From contig OY763927.2 of assembly GCA_963667665.2 (NCBI GenBank), positions 1,792,001 through 1,856,000 on the forward strand: a DNA stretch of 64,000 bases. Direction: 5' to 3'. How positions within the stretch are numbered: position 1 is the stretch's first letter; the number at the start of each line of letters is the position of its first letter. Below the pieces are notes generated by a model. The model was not told the DNA's origin and did no database searches. It was given only the letters and a program-made list of their open reading frames with translations. Both the position numbers and the translations under genes were made by a program. Source of the stretch: Nitrosopumilus sp. GTDB taxonomy: Archaea > Thermoproteota > Nitrososphaeria > Nitrososphaerales > Nitrosopumilaceae. Below are positions 62,501 through 64,000 of the stretch, piece after piece.

Positions 62501-64000
62501 AGCATCGACAATGTTGTGGTCTGATGAGACAAGATCAAGGTTGTATGTGCCGTCCTGCGTGGCAGAGACTGTCACATAGTACACATCACCTGAACCTGAG
62601 ATGTCAGTAACGGAGCTGAGAGTTGTGGCAGTATCGCTGTAATTGATGGTAAGTGTCCAGCTGTTCAGGACTCCTGGATCGGGAGCATCCCTGTCGTGTA
62701 TCTGCAGGGTCCAGACACCTGAGATGGGGATGCTTCCAAATAACGGGGCGTACGGCTGGTCTATGTTGTCGGTGCTGCCGCCAGAATTGTCGTGTAGTGT
62801 TATTGAAGTGCCATCAGGGGCAATAATGTCTATCTTGAGATCGCCGATGTAGTTATGCGTAATGTCTACTTCAACTGAGACGGAGGCGACAGTTCCAGAA
62901 CTGGAGACTGTGATGGTATCAGATACAGTTGCAAGGTCAGGTATGGTAAGGTGGGGGGATCTTGTCTGTGTGAACTGTCCAGTTGAGGTGGATGTGCTTT
63001 CTCCCCCCGCACTGTCAGAAGACAAGGTAAAGTCAGATACAGTTACTCCCGTGACATCCTCGCTAAAGGTTGCCTTGTAGAGTAGAGACTGGCTGTCCGT
63101 GTTCTGGGATGTCGGGCTGGACCGCTCAATTGATGCAAGTCTTGGGTTGGTGTTGTCTATAACTGCGGTACTGACGGTGTATGTCTGGTCTGCACCGGTG
63201 GTAGCCGTGTTGGTCAGCGAGTTGTTTGCAGCATCGACAATGTTGTGGTCTGATGAGACAAGATCAAGGTTGTATGTGCCGTCCTGTAATGCAGAGACTG
63301 TCACATAGTACACATCACCTGAACCTGAGATGTCAGTAACGGGGCTGACAGTGGTGGTGGTGCTGTAATTGATGGTAAGTGTCCAGCTGTTCAGGACTCC
63401 TGGATCGGGAGCAGTCCTGTCGTGTATCTGCAGGGTCCAGACACCTGAGATGGGGATGCTTCCAAATAACGGGGCGTACGGCTGGTCTATGTTGTCGGTG
63501 CTGCCGCCAGAATTGTCGTGTAGTGTTATTGAAGTGCCATCAGGGGCAATAATGTCTATCTTGAGATCGCCGATGTAGTTATGCGTAATGTCTACTTCAA
63601 CTGAGACGGAGGCGACAGTTCCAGAACTGGAGACTGTGATGGTATCAGATACAGTTGCAAGGTCAGGTATGGTAAGGTGGGGGGATCTTGTCTGTGTGAA
63701 CTGTCCAGTTGAGGTGGATGTGCTTTCTCCCCCCGCACTGTCAGAAGACAAGGTAAAGTCAGATACAGTTACTCCCGTGACATCCTCGCTAAAGGTTGCC
63801 TTGTAGAGTAGAGACTGGCTGTCCGTGTTCTGGGATGTCGGGCTGGACCGCTCAATTGATGCAAGTCTTGGGTTGGTGTTGTCTATAACTGCGGTACTGA
63901 CGGTGTATGTCTGGTCTGCACCGGTGGTAGCCGTGTTGGTCAGCGAGTTGTTTGCAGCATCGACAATGTTGTGGTCTGATGAGACAAGATCAAGGTTGTA
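59540..64000 (-). CDS. Mirror copy of the giant-protein 3' part (Ig + P-domain modules), 5' end outside the window
   Basis: Same modules and same IS630 truncation. Lacks one 1083-bp unit relative to the left copy. Confidence 0.75.
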   Translation of the reverse strand, partial: YNLDLVSSDHNIVDAANNSLTNTATTGADQTYTVSTAVIDNTNPRLASIERSSPTSQNTDSQSLLYKATFSEDVTGVTVSDFTLSSDSAGGESTSTSTGQFTQTRSPHLTIPDLATVSDTITVSSSGTVASVSVEVDITHNYIGDLKIDIIAPDGTSITLHDNSGGSTDNIDQPYAPLFGSIPISGVWTLQIHDRTAPDPGVLNSWTLTINYSTTTTVSPVTDISGSGDVYYVTVSALQDGTYNLDLVSSDHNIVDAANNSLTNTATTGADQTYTVSTAVIDNTNPRLASIERSSPTSQNTDSQSLLYKATFSEDVTGVTVSDFTLSSDSAGGESTSTSTGQFTQTRSPHLTIPDLATVSDTITVSSSGTVASVSVEVDITHNYIGDLKIDIIAPDGTSITLHDNSGGSTDNIDQPYAPLFGSIPISGVWTLQIHDRDAPDPGVLNSWTLTINYSDTATTLSSVTDISGSGDVYYVTVSATQDGTYNLDLVSSDHNIVDAANNPLTNTATTGADQTYTVSTAVIDNTNPRLASIERYNPATENTDSQTLVYKATFSEDVTGVTVSDFTLSSDSAGGESTSTSTGQFTQTRSPNLTIPDLATVSDTITVSSSGTATSVSVEVDITHNYIGDLKIDIIAPDGTSITLHDNSGGSTDNIDQPYAPLFGSIPISGVWTLQIHDRDAPDPGVLNSWTLTINYSTTTTVSPVTGISGSGDVYYVTVSATQDGTYNLDLVSSDHNIADAANNSLTNTATTGADQTYTVSTAVIDNTNPRLASIERYTPATENTDSQSLLYKATFSEDVTGVTASDFVLSPSSTGRVSGTTQVTGISGSGDTYYVTVSSSTDGTYNLDLVSSDHNIVDAANNSLTNTATTGADQTYTVSTAVIDNTNPRLASIERYTPATENTDNQTLVYKATFSEDVTGVTVSDFTLSSDSAGGESTSTSTGQFTQTRSPHLTIPNLATVSDTITVSSSGTVASVSVEVDITHNYIGDLKIDIIAPDGTSITLHDNSGGSTDNIDQPYAPLFGSIPISGVWTLQIHDRDAPDPGVLNSWTLTINYSTTTTVSPVTGISGSGDVYYVTVSATQDGTYNLDLVSSGHGIRDAANNLLNNTTPTTGTDETYTVSTTVTDNTNPRLASIERYSPAAENTDSQTLVYKVTFSENVTGVDTSDFTLSPDSTGNGTGSGQFTQTRTPAITIPYDQIVTDTILVTGSGTATSVSVAVDIAHQYVVDLKVDLIAPDGTVQTLHDHSSGSANIDQTYTPDFGSVSIAGNWTLQMHDDYSADDGILNSWMLTVNHDSDIATHVTSISGSGDVYYATLSAAQDGTYNLDLVSSGHSITDAAANPLTDTIPTTGTDETYTVSTIPADVTAPTLASIERYSPAAENTDSQTLVYKVTFSENVTGVDASDFILSPDSTGGGTTTTSAEQFTQTRSPNLAIPDLQTVSDTITVSDSGTVTSVSVAVDITHTYSNAHKFLYSQFLGIVVP

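Larger units (their letters stand above)
51340..64000 (-). repeat. Inverted copy of about 36100-49810 (mirror sum 101151; 100068 beyond about 62 kb)
   Basis: Every ORF mirrors, e.g. 44934+56217, 48430+52721 and 41611+59540 all equal 101151. Confidence 0.95.

Overview
AT-rich archaeal chromosome segment whose genes look like Nitrosopumilaceae (ammonia-oxidising Nitrososphaerota). Possibly a host-associated lineage, inferred from the giant DUF285 protein and the IS load. Positions 1-22.8 kb are housekeeping genes (aconitase, a two-intron tRNA-Trp, pdxST, valS, queD, purB, rtcB, uS11, thiL, a phosphohexomutase, tRNA-Thr, AIPR). A 21.6 kb island (22790-44365) follows. It is bounded by a 14-bp direct repeat whose inner arms would join into a 28-bp near-palindromic attP-like site. 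The island holds an IS5-disrupted methylase-Mrr pseudogene, a truncated SWIM/Zn-ribbon transposase, an IS481, a GC-rich 4858-aa surface protein (about 50 DUF285 repeats plus 17 Ig-like modules with nested P-domains) truncated by an IS630, and a small array of paralogous Trp-rich C-terminal cassettes, each followed by small membrane proteins (polymorphic toxin/immunity-like layout). Next come a cupredoxin, tRNA-Cys, a tyrosine recombinase, an iteron-like TGTAGCT cluster, an internally inverted IS481 and a second giant-gene 5' copy. From about 51.3 kb the sequence mirrors the preceding region (coordinate sum 101151) across a garbled junction. This mirror is most probably a fold-back or assembly artefact, although the arms are not identical.
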